Below, in pieces: positions 63,745-64,000 of a stretch of 64,000 nucleotides of DNA (positions are counted from its first letter, which is position 1; every line of letters starts with the position of its first letter). A program made the position numbers and the translations under genes. The notes under the pieces are model-generated. The model ran no database searches. It was not told the DNA's origin and saw only the letters and a program-made list of their open reading frames with translations. Source of the DNA: Vitrella brassicaformis CCMP3155 (lineage: Eukaryota; Protista; Chromerida); assembly GCA_001179505.1 (NCBI GenBank), contig CDMY01000113.1, positions 124,881 to 188,880 of the forward strand, written 5' to 3'.

Positions 63745-64000
63745 GGCGTTCGCGCGAAAGGAACCAGGGAAAACCGCTTCTCAGCTTTTGAGCTCGCAAA
63801 TGCGATCATCCCCATCTGCTTTAGAAGACAAGGACTCGGTACCTACCTACCTACCAACCTTTCCCTCTCTCCCGGTGTTGAAGTGCTATCGCGTTCTCCT
63901 CTGATCCTCTCCGCGCTAAGCTCATTGTTGAGGAGGACTTTCGAGACCCTCAGCTGAAAGGACCGACCGAAACCCCATCCCACTCTACCAGGTGTGCGCC

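Noticed and set aside
63770-63840. In-frame TGA upstream of ATG 63744 as a readthrough/Sec candidate
   Set aside because: The upstream frame is short and closed by TAG; most simply 5' UTR or intron

Overview
Intron-rich, GC-rich eukaryotic genomic DNA, most likely from a chromerid alveolate such as Vitrella brassicaformis. This is inferred from the short GT-AG introns with (TG)n tracts, a plastid-type RF1 with a bipartite leader, and lineage-specific gene families. About 25 spliced genes or relics are recognisable: the 3' end of a DEAH helicase, RWDD1/GIR2, an MFS transporter, an Ulp1/C48 protease, an EF-hand protein, a class 3 lipase, an atypical kinase, two inverted METTL21-like copies, PIGW/GWT1, an FH2 formin, a RING protein, organellar prfA, TBCE, delta-tubulin and a DUSP. 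Islands of lineage-specific paralogues and pseudogenes lie between them. There are four main leads. (1) The formin appears to splice in frame to an upstream exon encoding two hydrophobic helices, and a close paralogue of that exon plus its 82-nt intron sits inverted 5 kb away. (2) TBCE and delta-tubulin are head-to-head, 113 bp apart. (3) An AGCTCGCA motif recurs just upstream of start codons. (4) A 22-nt motif is dispersed at the 3' ends of island genes. No rRNA, tRNA, CRISPR array or transposase was recognised. All gene models were spliced by eye and their boundaries are approximate.
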